From: an uncultured Bifidobacterium sp.
GTDB lineage: Bacteria; Acidobacteriota; Vicinamibacteria; Vicinamibacterales; CAVVIG01
NCBI GenBank assembly: GCA_964577955.1
Contig: CAZOAZ010000001.1
Span: 116,357 to 180,356, forward strand
Length of the DNA stretch: 64,000 bases
Direction: 5' to 3'
The position numbers and the translations under genes were made by a program. Shown here piece after piece: positions 51,096-59,726 of this stretch (position 1 is the stretch's first letter; each line of letters starts with the position of its first letter). Below the pieces are notes generated by a model, which was given only the letters and a program-made list of their open reading frames with translations, had not been told where the DNA came from and made no database searches.

Positions 51096-53360
51096 CTAGA
51101 CTCCCGCCAGGCTCAGCGGCGATGCGGCGTCGGCGGCGGCCTGCGCGACGCCCGAGGCGTAGCGCACGTGTTGATGCGCAGCCGTCGCGCTCGTAAACGT
51201 GGTCGCGGTGGTGGTGGCCGTCCAGATTTCCTGCGTGGCGGTGACGAGCGAAGACGGGTCGCTCAGCGCCGGTGGCTTTCTGGAGGCGCTGACCATCGCG
51301 GACATCGCACTGAGATCGAGGTGCGCGCCCTCGAGCCGCGGCTCCTTGATGGCGCCGCCGATGATGACGATCTGAAAGACCTTGCGATCGTCCTGAATCC
51401 TCGAGGCGGCGAGCGCCGGATCGGCCGGCGAGAAGATCCGTCCGGCATTGAGGAGATCGAACGGTGGACGGTTGAGCGCTTCGGCCTGCGAGAGCGTGAT
51501 GTAGGTTCCCGGGCTGAAGCGCTCCGTCACGTCGGTCGTGCCGTTGGTGATCGTGACGCCCTGCGGGCCGCCGAGCGGCCGGCCGTCGACCCGATCGATG
51601 AGAATGCCGAGCGGGGCCCGGCGCTGCGCGACGCGCAGCGTGCCGGTCGGCGGAATCGCGGCAAAGCCGGACGTGGTCGGGCGCGGCGACAACACGACCA
51701 GCGGATCGCCGATGCTGCCGCTCTCGACGTTGTGCGGCTTGTTCAGTTCGTCGGTGAGAACCGTCAAGAGTGACGGCGCGGCCGGCAGCGTGTCGGTCGG
51801 TCCGCTGCCGAGCGTGAAGCTTTCGTCCCACGAGATGGAAAACAGGAAGACGTCGATGCTGAGCGAGCCGTGGATGACGATCGGTCCCGGCCCGGCGATC
51901 GATCCCTCGAGCGTGACCGAGGCGAAACTGAAGCCTTCGACGGAGACGTCAAATCCGGCCGCGACGCGCGCCTCGAAGTGGAACGGCCGGAACTGCACGA
52001 TCGCGTCGACCTGCAGGAAGCCGTGCGCTTCGATGCCGAGTGAGATGCCGACTTCCCAGCGGCCGCCCAACTGGATCGAGTTCGACGTAACGGCGAAGTA
52101 GCCTTCCGATCGGATCTCGATGATCGGGATCGGGTTGTCGAGCGCCAGCCCGACGCGGCGCAGGGCCGGCAGCCGCGCGGGTTCCGGGTTGAAGCCAGGG
52201 AAGAAGCCGCCGATCGACACCACCATGTAGCCCGGCGATCCCCAGCTGAATCGCGCCGCCGCGTCGCCGTACACGGTGAAGATGCCGAGCACGTGGCTGT
52301 CCACGAGACTGGCGTCGATAGACACCATCTGCTCGACCGGATCGATGAGCCCGAGGACATCCAGGCGCAGGTTGATCAACATCGGCAATCCCGGGATCGC
52401 CACCCGCGCGACTCCGAGGATGGCCACTCTGCCGGTCGGGATCTCGACGATCACCGCGAGGTCGATGCCGATCAGGGCGCCCTCGGGACCGAATGACAGC
52501 CACGAGACTTTCAACGACGGGCCAATCAGATGCGTCCCGCGATTGGCGGGGAAGAGCTGATCGGCGATGACGACGAGCGCCATCGGGTTCGCTGGCGGCC
52601 GAACGGCAAAGAGGACGTCGCCAGCTGCGCCGGTGCGCACCGCGCCGCGCAGCGCGTCGCTGTCGGTCCGCCGGTTCACGCCGACGATGCCGCCGACGCG
52701 GTCGAGAGAAAAGCCGAAGGAAAGTTGAATCGGCGGGATGAACTGCGCGCCGAGGATGGCGAGCAGCGAGGGCTGGCCGTCTTTCGTCGCCACAACGGCC
52801 ATGGCGCTGACCTGCACCGGACCGAGCGGCAATTCCAACGTGCCGCCGAACCCGTCGCCGACACGGCCAAGCGCGCCACCGCCTGGCAGTCCTTTTCCGC
52901 CGCCAAATGGCGACGACATGCTGGCGGCGATCTGATCCAGGCGAAACGGTCCGATCGCGGCAGTCGGCGGAGCGGCATTGTCCGACAACGCCGGTGGCTG
53001 GATGACGAGCAGAGAGGACGCGAGCTCGAGGTGAACCGGACCAAGGTCCAGGCCGCCGTGAATGCCTTCCCGGCCGATGTTGGCCACGTCGGCGAGCAGT
53101 TCGGCGAAGCCGGGGATCTTGGCGAGCGGACCGGCAAGCGCGCTGGCAAGGGTCGCGCCGAACGCGTCGCGCTTGTCGTTCCAGGTGGCGAGCGCCGCGT
53201 TCCATGCCGCCTGAGTGACGGTGCCAGGCGGGTCGTTGGCCAGTCCAGCGAGCGCGGTCGCCGCGGCGGTGAGATCGTCGAGCGGAGTCGTGGGCGCGCC
53301 CGCGGCCGTGAGCCACGTACGCAGCTCAGTGGCATACGCGGTGATGTCGCTACCTGCCAC
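51096..53360 (-). CDS. Hypothetical giant protein (754 aa), beta-rich C-terminal half. First gene of the operon.
   Basis: GTG start at 53360 with a GAGGAG SD 8-13 nt upstream. The C-terminal half is rich in alternating hydrophobic/Gly segments (…GYFAVTSNSIQLGGRWEVGISLGIEAHGF…). No TM or signal. Confidence 0.65.
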   Translation of the reverse strand: MAGSDITAYATELRTWLTAAGAPTTPLDDLTAAATALAGLANDPPGTVTQAAWNAALATWNDKRDAFGATLASALAGPLAKIPGFAELLADVANIGREGIHGGLDLGPVHLELASSLLVIQPPALSDNAAPPTAAIGPFRLDQIAASMSSPFGGGKGLPGGGALGRVGDGFGGTLELPLGPVQVSAMAVVATKDGQPSLLAILGAQFIPPIQLSFGFSLDRVGGIVGVNRRTDSDALRGAVRTGAAGDVLFAVRPPANPMALVVIADQLFPANRGTHLIGPSLKVSWLSFGPEGALIGIDLAVIVEIPTGRVAILGVARVAIPGLPMLINLRLDVLGLIDPVEQMVSIDASLVDSHVLGIFTVYGDAAARFSWGSPGYMVVSIGGFFPGFNPEPARLPALRRVGLALDNPIPIIEIRSEGYFAVTSNSIQLGGRWEVGISLGIEAHGFLQVDAIVQFRPFHFEARVAAGFDVSVEGFSFASVTLEGSIAGPGPIVIHGSLSIDVFLFSISWDESFTLGSGPTDTLPAAPSLLTVLTDELNKPHNVESGSIGDPLVVLSPRPTTSGFAAIPPTGTLRVAQRRAPLGILIDRVDGRPLGGPQGVTITNGTTDVTERFSPGTYITLSQAEALNRPPFDLLNAGRIFSPADPALAASRIQDDRKVFQIVIIGGAIKEPRLEGAHLDLSAMSAMVSASRKPPALSDPSSLVTATQEIWTATTTATTFTSATAAHQHVRYASGVAQAAADAASPLSLAGV

Positions 53361-53393
53361 GAGCGCGGCTCCTCATCGAAGGACGAAACGGCG

Positions 53394-53408
53394 CGTGTAG
53401 GCTACACG
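53394..53408. promoter_or_regulatory. Perfect palindrome CGTGTAG-G-CTACACG 34-48 bp upstream of the operon's first start codon (candidate operator)
   Basis: Seen directly in the 131-bp gap between the DUF2207 gene stop and the GTG at 53360. Confidence 0.45.
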
Positions 53409-53491
53409 AACAGGACGCGAAAACCGACTCAGCTGTCCTTACGAGATCTCAGTGCGATCGTACTTCGCACCACGCACATCGCACTACGTGC

Positions 53492-55396
53492 CTACCATCC
53501 ACCACCACCGCCGCCGCCGGAGGATCCGCCGCCACCGCCGCCACTGCTTCCACCGCCGCTCGAACTGCTTGAACTCGGCGCCGAGACGCCCGCGGCCATG
53601 CCGCTCGCCGCCGCGGCCCATCCCGCCGTGGCGCCGGCGCCGCCGGAGCGGCCGCTGCCGAAGCCCGTCCACGAGCTCGACGATGAACTGGAGCTGGAAC
53701 TGCCGGACGATGACGAGTAGTCCGAGCGCGAGGAGTGACTGATGCCGGTGGACCCGTGTGTGACGGACCACGCGTCCATCTGTTTCTCGAGCTCAAAGGC
53801 GAGGAGCCACGGATACCAGTCGTCGTGCAGCGCGGGATTCTGGGTGCGCAGCTGCGACATGAAGTAGAGCCGTCCGGCTGCGAGCTCTTTCCGAAACGCA
53901 ATCCCTTCGCGCCGCTGCCGTGACCGCAGCGCGTTGATCGCGGCGACGGTCGCCCCGAGCGCGAGCGCGACGACGACGGTGATCGTGAGCGTTGACAGGT
54001 ACAGGTAGCCTGCGCCGACGTAGTACCAGAGAAATGCACCGACACCGCCGGCGAATGCGGCGGGAAACAGCAGGCAAAGCAGCGCCTCGCCTAGACCCCA
54101 GTGCAGGCGCTTGCGGAACATGCCGCCGGGAATAGACGCGAGTCCAGCGACGAGCAAACTGCCCAGAAAGAGCAGAAACACCGCGAGGCCGGGCAGGTCG
54201 GCGGCGATCCAGTCGTAGATCGCCAGCGCCAGCCCGCCAAGCAGCAGCACCGCGGTCTCGATGCCGTAGCCCTTCGGTGCCTCGGCGAACGGGAACGTCG
54301 CTTTCAACGCGCTCGCGAGATCCTTTTCGATGACGCTGACGGGATTGAACCCGGTCTTCTTGTAGTGCGACTTCACGTCCTCGGTACTGGTCGTCGTCCG
54401 CTCGCCGTAAAAGAGTTTGTCGATCAGATTCTTTTCGTAGCCCGCGAGCTTCGAGCGCGCGATCGTCATTCTCATCGTCAGCCCGCGATCGCTGACGCTC
54501 GACTCGATCTTCTTCTCGCTGGCCATTCGCGCCAGCAGCGCCACGACTTCCGGCTGGCCGATGCTGTCGTCCCAGGCCGCCGACACGAGCTCCGCCGGGT
54601 GTTTCAAAATGTGTTCGCGGAGCCACGCTTCGTCGACGTCACCCGGCAGCGGCGCGAACCGTCCCTTGAGCCCTTCGGACAGGAGCACCCAGACGATCGA
54701 GACGAGCGGCACGGCGATGAGCGCGAGGATCGCGGCACGGATCGCCGGAGGCCGCGAGTCGTCGTAGATCACCGGCGTGCCGGCGCCGACGTACTTGAGC
54801 GGAATCGTCAGGACGAACTTATTGCCGGGCGAGAGATCGGTCGCGGTGTATTGGTCCTTGATCGGGGTGATGGCCTCCCACGCCGGGTCAACCGTCAGCC
54901 GGAGCTCGAACCGCTTGATATCGCCGACGCGATCGGGAAACGCGAAGTCGTGATCGAGGGTGTACTGCTCGCCGTTGACCTGCAGGATCCCCGAGAGCGT
55001 GTAGCGCAGCTGGTAGCGGATCGCGGTGTTGTTGAACGGCGGATCGGACGTCTCGCGGCTCCGCCAACGGAGCGTCTCGCGGTTGGTGAACGAATAGTTG
55101 TCCACGAGGCTGAGGCCACCATCGGTCATCGGCTGCCAGGACGTGCCGACCATGCGCGACATCCCGTCGAACGTCAGTCGCTGGCGCGGCCGGATGTTGA
55201 ACGTCCGCTCGCCGCCGTTCCAGTCGCCGCTGAACACCATCGTCTGTTCTTCGGTCACCTGCAGGCTGCCGTCGGCATTCAGGTGCGCGGTGACCGACAG
55301 CAGATCCCAATGCAGCTCGCGCTGCGCAAACGCAGTGGCTGGGACGACGAGGAGGAGGAAGGCGACGACCCAGACGCGAAGGAGGCGAAGAACCAT
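53492..55396 (-). CDS. DUF2207-like membrane protein with a C-terminal Gly/Ser-rich tail
   Basis: Signal peptide MVLRLLRVWVVAFLLLVVPATAFAQ. A ~250-aa extracytoplasmic domain, several TM helices, and a C-terminus SSSSGSSSSSSSSSSW...SSGGGGGGSSGGGGGGGW. Confidence 0.65.
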   Translation of the reverse strand: MVLRLLRVWVVAFLLLVVPATAFAQRELHWDLLSVTAHLNADGSLQVTEEQTMVFSGDWNGGERTFNIRPRQRLTFDGMSRMVGTSWQPMTDGGLSLVDNYSFTNRETLRWRSRETSDPPFNNTAIRYQLRYTLSGILQVNGEQYTLDHDFAFPDRVGDIKRFELRLTVDPAWEAITPIKDQYTATDLSPGNKFVLTIPLKYVGAGTPVIYDDSRPPAIRAAILALIAVPLVSIVWVLLSEGLKGRFAPLPGDVDEAWLREHILKHPAELVSAAWDDSIGQPEVVALLARMASEKKIESSVSDRGLTMRMTIARSKLAGYEKNLIDKLFYGERTTTSTEDVKSHYKKTGFNPVSVIEKDLASALKATFPFAEAPKGYGIETAVLLLGGLALAIYDWIAADLPGLAVFLLFLGSLLVAGLASIPGGMFRKRLHWGLGEALLCLLFPAAFAGGVGAFLWYYVGAGYLYLSTLTITVVVALALGATVAAINALRSRQRREGIAFRKELAAGRLYFMSQLRTQNPALHDDWYPWLLAFELEKQMDAWSVTHGSTGISHSSRSDYSSSSGSSSSSSSSSSWTGFGSGRSGGAGATAGWAAAASGMAAGVSAPSSSSSSGGGSSGGGGGGSSGGGGGGGW

Positions 55397-55443
55397 GCGC
55401 CCATCGTAACCGGGCCGTCCGCGGCGCTGCCCTGAGCGACCGC

Positions 55444-57351
55444 TCACTCGAGCGCCTCGCGCACCTTGTGGGCCAGCGTGGTGATCGTGAAGGGCTTCTG
55501 CAGGAACCACACGCCGGGATCCAGGGTGGCATGCTGGACGCCGAGGCTCTCGGCGTACCCCGACACGAAGAGGACACGGAGTCCGGGGGCGAGCGCGGTC
55601 AGCCGGCGGGCCAGATCGCGTCCGTTCATGCCCGGCATGACGACGTCGGTGATCAGCAGGTCGACGGATCTGGGCTGGTCTTCAACGAGGCGAATCGCTT
55701 CCTCGGGAGTACCGGCGCTCAAGACCGCGTACCCGAGCCGCTCGAGCACGCGACGCTCCAGCTGAAGGACGCCGGGCTCGTCCTCGACGAGCAGGATCGT
55801 TTCGTGCCCGGTGCGCGGCGCGGTGACGGCGGCGGCGCCGTCGGCCGCCGCGCCCGGCCCGGTCGCAGCCACCGGGAAGTACATGTGAAAGGTGGTCCCT
55901 TTGGAGACCTCACTCGACACCTTCATGAAACCGCCGCTCTGTTTGACAATGCCGAACACCGTAGCGAGGCCGAGCCCCGTCCCTCGGTTCTCCTTGGTGG
56001 TGAAGAAGGGCTCGAAGATGTGGTTGAGCGTATCGGCGTTCATTCCGCGCCCGTCATCGACGATCGACAGATGGACGAAGCGGCCGGTCGCGGCGTCCGG
56101 GTGTCCCGCCCCGTGACCGTCGTCCAGCGTCGCGTTCTCGGTGGCAATCGTGATGTGCCCGACATCCTCGATGGCGTCGCGGGCATTGATGCAGAGATTC
56201 GTGAGGACCTGCTCGATTTGGTTAGGGTCGGCTTCGATCGCCCAGAGGCCGCTGTGCGGCCGCCACTCCAGGATGATGTCTTCACCAATCAGCCGGCCCA
56301 GCAGTCCGAGCGCGTTCGACACGCAATCATTCAGGTTCAACTGGACGGGCTGCACCACCTGCCGGCGACTGAAGGTCAGGAGCTGTTGTGTCAGGCGCGC
56401 GGAGTGTTCCGCGGCGTGTTGAATCTGCTCGAGTTGTTCGCGCATGGGGCTGTCGGCGGCGCTGGCCAGCGCCAGCTCCGCGTTCCCGGCGATCACGGTG
56501 AGCATGTTGTTGAAGTCGTGTGCCACACCGCCGGCGAGGCGTCCGATCGCTTCCAGCTTCTCGCGTTGGAGGTCGAGTTGCTGCGCGCGGCGCTGATCGG
56601 TGACGTCCACGGATACGCCGATGACCTCGGTCACACGACCGTCAGGGTCGACGAGCGGGGCATAGCGCGTCTCCCAGGTCAGGCCGCCGAATTCGCCGTC
56701 GGCGGCGAAGCGCTCGCCCGAGAGCGCCCGGTCGATGTAGCCGCTGCCCCGTGGATCCGGCGACACGTCGTCGGCGATGCGTCCGACAAGTTCGTCGGGT
56801 TTCATTCCGACCTTATCCAGCGCCATTCCCGCGGTGAAGCGAAATCGGCGATCGGTGCCGAGGGCGAAAACCACGGCCGGGAGGTTGGCGACGATCTCGC
56901 GCATCCGCGCTTCGCTTTGAAGCGCGCGCTGCTCGGCGCGCCGCAGTTCCGTGACGTCCTGCGCGAGCACCAGCGCATACTTCACCGCGCCATCGACGCC
57001 GGGGACCGGCACATAGGTGTACGCGTACGACAGATCGCCGAACGGCAATTCGGCCGTGAAGCGGCGGCCGTTCAGGGCGGCGCGCAGGTTGGGTTCGACC
57101 ATCGCGGCAAATGCCGGATCGACGGCGTCGTGTAACAACTTGCCTTCGAGCGACGCCTTCGTGTTGCCGTGCCTGGCGATCTCCGGTCCGTCGGCGAGGA
57201 CGAACCGCAGATCGTGGTCGAACATCATGACGGCGCTGTTGGGCAGGTGGGTGACCAGCAGCTCGTAGAGATCGGGCAGGATCTGATGCCTCCTGCCGTC
57301 TGGCGCCGACTCCGGACCGGGAGATCTCATCATCGTGTCGTCGCGTTGCAC
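55444..57351 (-). CDS. Hybrid sensor histidine kinase (PAS domains, HisKA, HATPase_c, C-terminal receiver)
   Basis: H-box LEAIGRLAGGVAHDFNNML, G-box GTGLGLATV, and a receiver ILLVEDEPGVLQLERRVLERLGYAVLSAG...DLLITDVVMPGMNG. Confidence 0.85.
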   Translation of the reverse strand: MQRDDTMMRSPGPESAPDGRRHQILPDLYELLVTHLPNSAVMMFDHDLRFVLADGPEIARHGNTKASLEGKLLHDAVDPAFAAMVEPNLRAALNGRRFTAELPFGDLSYAYTYVPVPGVDGAVKYALVLAQDVTELRRAEQRALQSEARMREIVANLPAVVFALGTDRRFRFTAGMALDKVGMKPDELVGRIADDVSPDPRGSGYIDRALSGERFAADGEFGGLTWETRYAPLVDPDGRVTEVIGVSVDVTDQRRAQQLDLQREKLEAIGRLAGGVAHDFNNMLTVIAGNAELALASAADSPMREQLEQIQHAAEHSARLTQQLLTFSRRQVVQPVQLNLNDCVSNALGLLGRLIGEDIILEWRPHSGLWAIEADPNQIEQVLTNLCINARDAIEDVGHITIATENATLDDGHGAGHPDAATGRFVHLSIVDDGRGMNADTLNHIFEPFFTTKENRGTGLGLATVFGIVKQSGGFMKVSSEVSKGTTFHMYFPVAATGPGAAADGAAAVTAPRTGHETILLVEDEPGVLQLERRVLERLGYAVLSAGTPEEAIRLVEDQPRSVDLLITDVVMPGMNGRDLARRLTALAPGLRVLFVSGYAESLGVQHATLDPGVWFLQKPFTITTLAHKVREALE

Positions 57352-57544
57352 GGCGTCCAGATGGTCAGTGTCGCGGCATTATTCCACGAGCCGCCGGTTC
57401 GGCGGCTATCGAGATCGCGCCGCCCGTGTACCCGTCCACGATGCACCACCATGTTCGGCCCCGGAGAGATCGTGTTCGAGCAGGCGACCGCGAGTTGCGG
57501 GGCCTTCGTCGCCATGGGACCGGCCGGCATTGACGTCTCTCTTT

Positions 57545-57592
57545 GGCCGGACCTCACATGGTCGGTCCGAGGGTCCGGGTGAAGCCGGACGT
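57545..57592. repeat. REP-like family A hairpins in a divergent promoter region
   Basis: ggccggacctcacatggtcggtccgagggtccgggtgaagccggac. Confidence 0.5.
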
Positions 57593-57621
57593 CGCACAGA
57601 ACAGCCGATAAGCTTTCCAGC

Positions 57622-58566
57622 ATGCGCACGATCGAGCAGATCGACCAGTGGGTCGCCGCCGGGCTGATGGCCCGCGAACAGCGCGATCGGATAGCGCCGC
57701 TGGTCCTGGGAGAGCGGATTCCGGTCTTCGCGGAGCTGAACGCCGCGCTCTATCTCGGCGTCCTGGCCTTCGCAGCAGGCGCGGCATGGACGGTGAACAC
57801 CTACGCCGCGGACTGGGGCGACATCGCGATCCTCCTGCCCGCGACGCTGGTCGTCCTGGCCTGCGCGTTCTACTGCGTCCGCAAGGCGCCGCCCTATTCG
57901 AACGAGCAGGTCGCGTCGCCCACGCTGGCCTTCGACTACGCGCTGTATCTCGGCTGCCTGATCTTCGGCACCGAACTCGGATACATCGAGTACCGCTTCG
58001 GCGTCCTGCAAGGGCAGTGGGACACCTGGCTGCTGCTCGCCGCCCTCGTCTATTTCGCGCTGGCGTACCGGTTCGACAACCGGTTCGTGCTGTCATTCGG
58101 CATCGCCACGCTCGGCGGCTGGTTCGGCGTCCGCATCTCGCGCTTCACCGTCGTCGCGGTGGACGCGATTCGGCTGTCGGCGTTGACCTACGCCGCGATC
58201 GTCACGGTGGGCGGCGTCGGACTGCATGCACAGCGGATCAAACGCCATTTCGTGGAGACGTATCTTCACGTGGCCGCGAACGTCGCGTTGGCGGCGCTGC
58301 TGTCCGGGACGTTCGACGCCGGCAGGCCGTTGCTCTGGCTGCTCGGTCTGTTCGTCGTCGCCGCCGGCGCGATCGCGGCTGGCGTCCGCTATCGCCGGTT
58401 TGCGTTCGTCGTCTACGGCACGCTCTACGGCTACGTCGGGATCAGCGCCCGCATTCTCGACGGAATGCGCGGAGACGCCCTGCCGTTGTTCTACATCACC
58501 GTCTCCGCGGCCGCCGTCATCATCGGCCTCGTCGTCCTTTCACGACGGTTCGGGAGGCACGAATGA
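57622..58566 (+). CDS. DUF2157-like integral membrane protein
   Basis: N-terminal IEQIDQWVAAGLMAREQRDRI (the LxxWxxxGLIxxEQ-type motif) and 7 or more TM helices. Confidence 0.6.
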   Translation: MRTIEQIDQWVAAGLMAREQRDRIAPLVLGERIPVFAELNAALYLGVLAFAAGAAWTVNTYAADWGDIAILLPATLVVLACAFYCVRKAPPYSNEQVASPTLAFDYALYLGCLIFGTELGYIEYRFGVLQGQWDTWLLLAALVYFALAYRFDNRFVLSFGIATLGGWFGVRISRFTVVAVDAIRLSALTYAAIVTVGGVGLHAQRIKRHFVETYLHVAANVALAALLSGTFDAGRPLLWLLGLFVVAAGAIAAGVRYRRFAFVVYGTLYGYVGISARILDGMRGDALPLFYITVSAAAVIIGLVVLSRRFGRHE

Positions 58567-59726
58567 GACGCTACGACCTTCGTGACGAAGAGCGGCTCCG
58601 GCTGCAGAGGCACGTGCGCGATTGGGCCGGTGCCGGCCTGTTGACGGTTGCCCAGGCATCCGCGATCGACGTGGAGCTGCGGACGCCGCTTCGAAGCACC
58701 GGCACGATGCTGCGGCTCGGGCTGGCGATCTTCACATTCATCTGCGCCATCGCCGCAACCGCCTTCGTGTCCGTCGTCTTCAACGTCCGTGGCGAGGGAG
58801 CGGCGGCCGCCCTGTGTGGTCTCGCCGCCGTCGCGGCGTTCGTCGCGGCGGATCAGTTCGCAGGGGCCAAGCACTTTCATCGTCACGGTGTGGAAGAAGC
58901 CTTGGCCGTGTGCGCGGTCGCCTTTGCGACGGTCAGCGTCGTGTTGACCTTGGGGCAGATCGGCCGCTGGTCCGAGGATCTCATCGCCGTCGGCCTGACC
59001 GTTGCCGCAGGGCTTTCAGTGCTCTGCTACGTGCGCTTCGGTTTTCAGTACGCGGCGATCGCGGCTCTCGTGCTGGCCGCGCTCATTCCGCTTCCGCTCG
59101 AGATGCGATCAGAGGTCAAGCGCCTGTTCGCCGCGGCGGTGTGTGCTGGCGCGTTCGTGACGGCTCGGGTGGCGAGGTCACGCGCCAGCAGCGAAATCCT
59201 GGAGGACGACGCGGATGTCGTCAGCGCGGCGGCGTTTGCCGGTATCTACATCGCATTGAACCTGCAGCTGGTGCCGGTCGAACTTGGGGTCGTGCGTGGC
59301 GAGGCCCGGTGGTTCTGGTGGCTCACTTACGCGTGCACCTGGCTGCTTCCAGTTGCGGGCCTGTGGCGCGCGATCGGCGCGCGCGATCGGACACAGCTGC
59401 GCGTGAGCGTGGTGCTGTTGGTCGTCACGCTGGTGACCAACAAGCCGTATCTCGGCTGGGCCAGGAATACGTGGGATCCGATGCTGCTTGGTGTCGTGTT
59501 GATGGTCACCGCGCTGGTCGTCCGCCGATGGCTGGCATCAGGTGCCGATCATCAGCGCGGAGGATTTACGGCGGACCGTATCCTGCCGAGCGAGGAGGAG
59601 GCCGTACAGCTCGCTGGCCTCGCGTCAGCGGCCGTTCACATGCGTCCTGGGGCTCAGCCGGTGCCGACGCCGCCGACATTCGGCGATGGACGCTCAGGCG
59701 GTGGCGGAGCGACCGGCAGTTTCTGA
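58563..59726 (+). CDS. Integral membrane protein (DUF2157/DUF4401-like), translationally coupled to the preceding gene
   Basis: ATGA overlap at 58563. N-terminus ...HVRDWAGAGLLTVAQASAI. Multiple TM helices. The upstream part of track ORF 57648..59726 is spurious. Confidence 0.55.
   Translation: MRRYDLRDEERLRLQRHVRDWAGAGLLTVAQASAIDVELRTPLRSTGTMLRLGLAIFTFICAIAATAFVSVVFNVRGEGAAAALCGLAAVAAFVAADQFAGAKHFHRHGVEEALAVCAVAFATVSVVLTLGQIGRWSEDLIAVGLTVAAGLSVLCYVRFGFQYAAIAALVLAALIPLPLEMRSEVKRLFAAAVCAGAFVTARVARSRASSEILEDDADVVSAAAFAGIYIALNLQLVPVELGVVRGEARWFWWLTYACTWLLPVAGLWRAIGARDRTQLRVSVVLLVVTLVTNKPYLGWARNTWDPMLLGVVLMVTALVVRRWLASGADHQRGGFTADRILPSEEEAVQLAGLASAAVHMRPGAQPVPTPPTFGDGRSGGGGATGSF

Noticed and set aside
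40829-53360. Interpretations of the operon as a class-I lanthipeptide (LanB/LanP), an ESX/type-VII secretion locus (EccC/MycP) or a contractile injection system
   Set aside because: There is no precursor peptide, LanC or ABC exporter. No FtsK-type P-loops were found in the 1231-aa protein, and the S8 enzyme lacks the signal and TM of mycosins. No sheath, tube, gp25 or AAA genes are present. These remain untestable guesses, so the operon is left unassigned.
55468-57135. 555-aa plus ORF opposite the histidine kinase; also 25090..26472, 29730..31043, 33096..34034, 35310..36407, 61001..62491, 62014..63189, 59694..60893
   Set aside because: Each overlaps a gene with clear family motifs on the other strand or frame, and has antisense-type composition.
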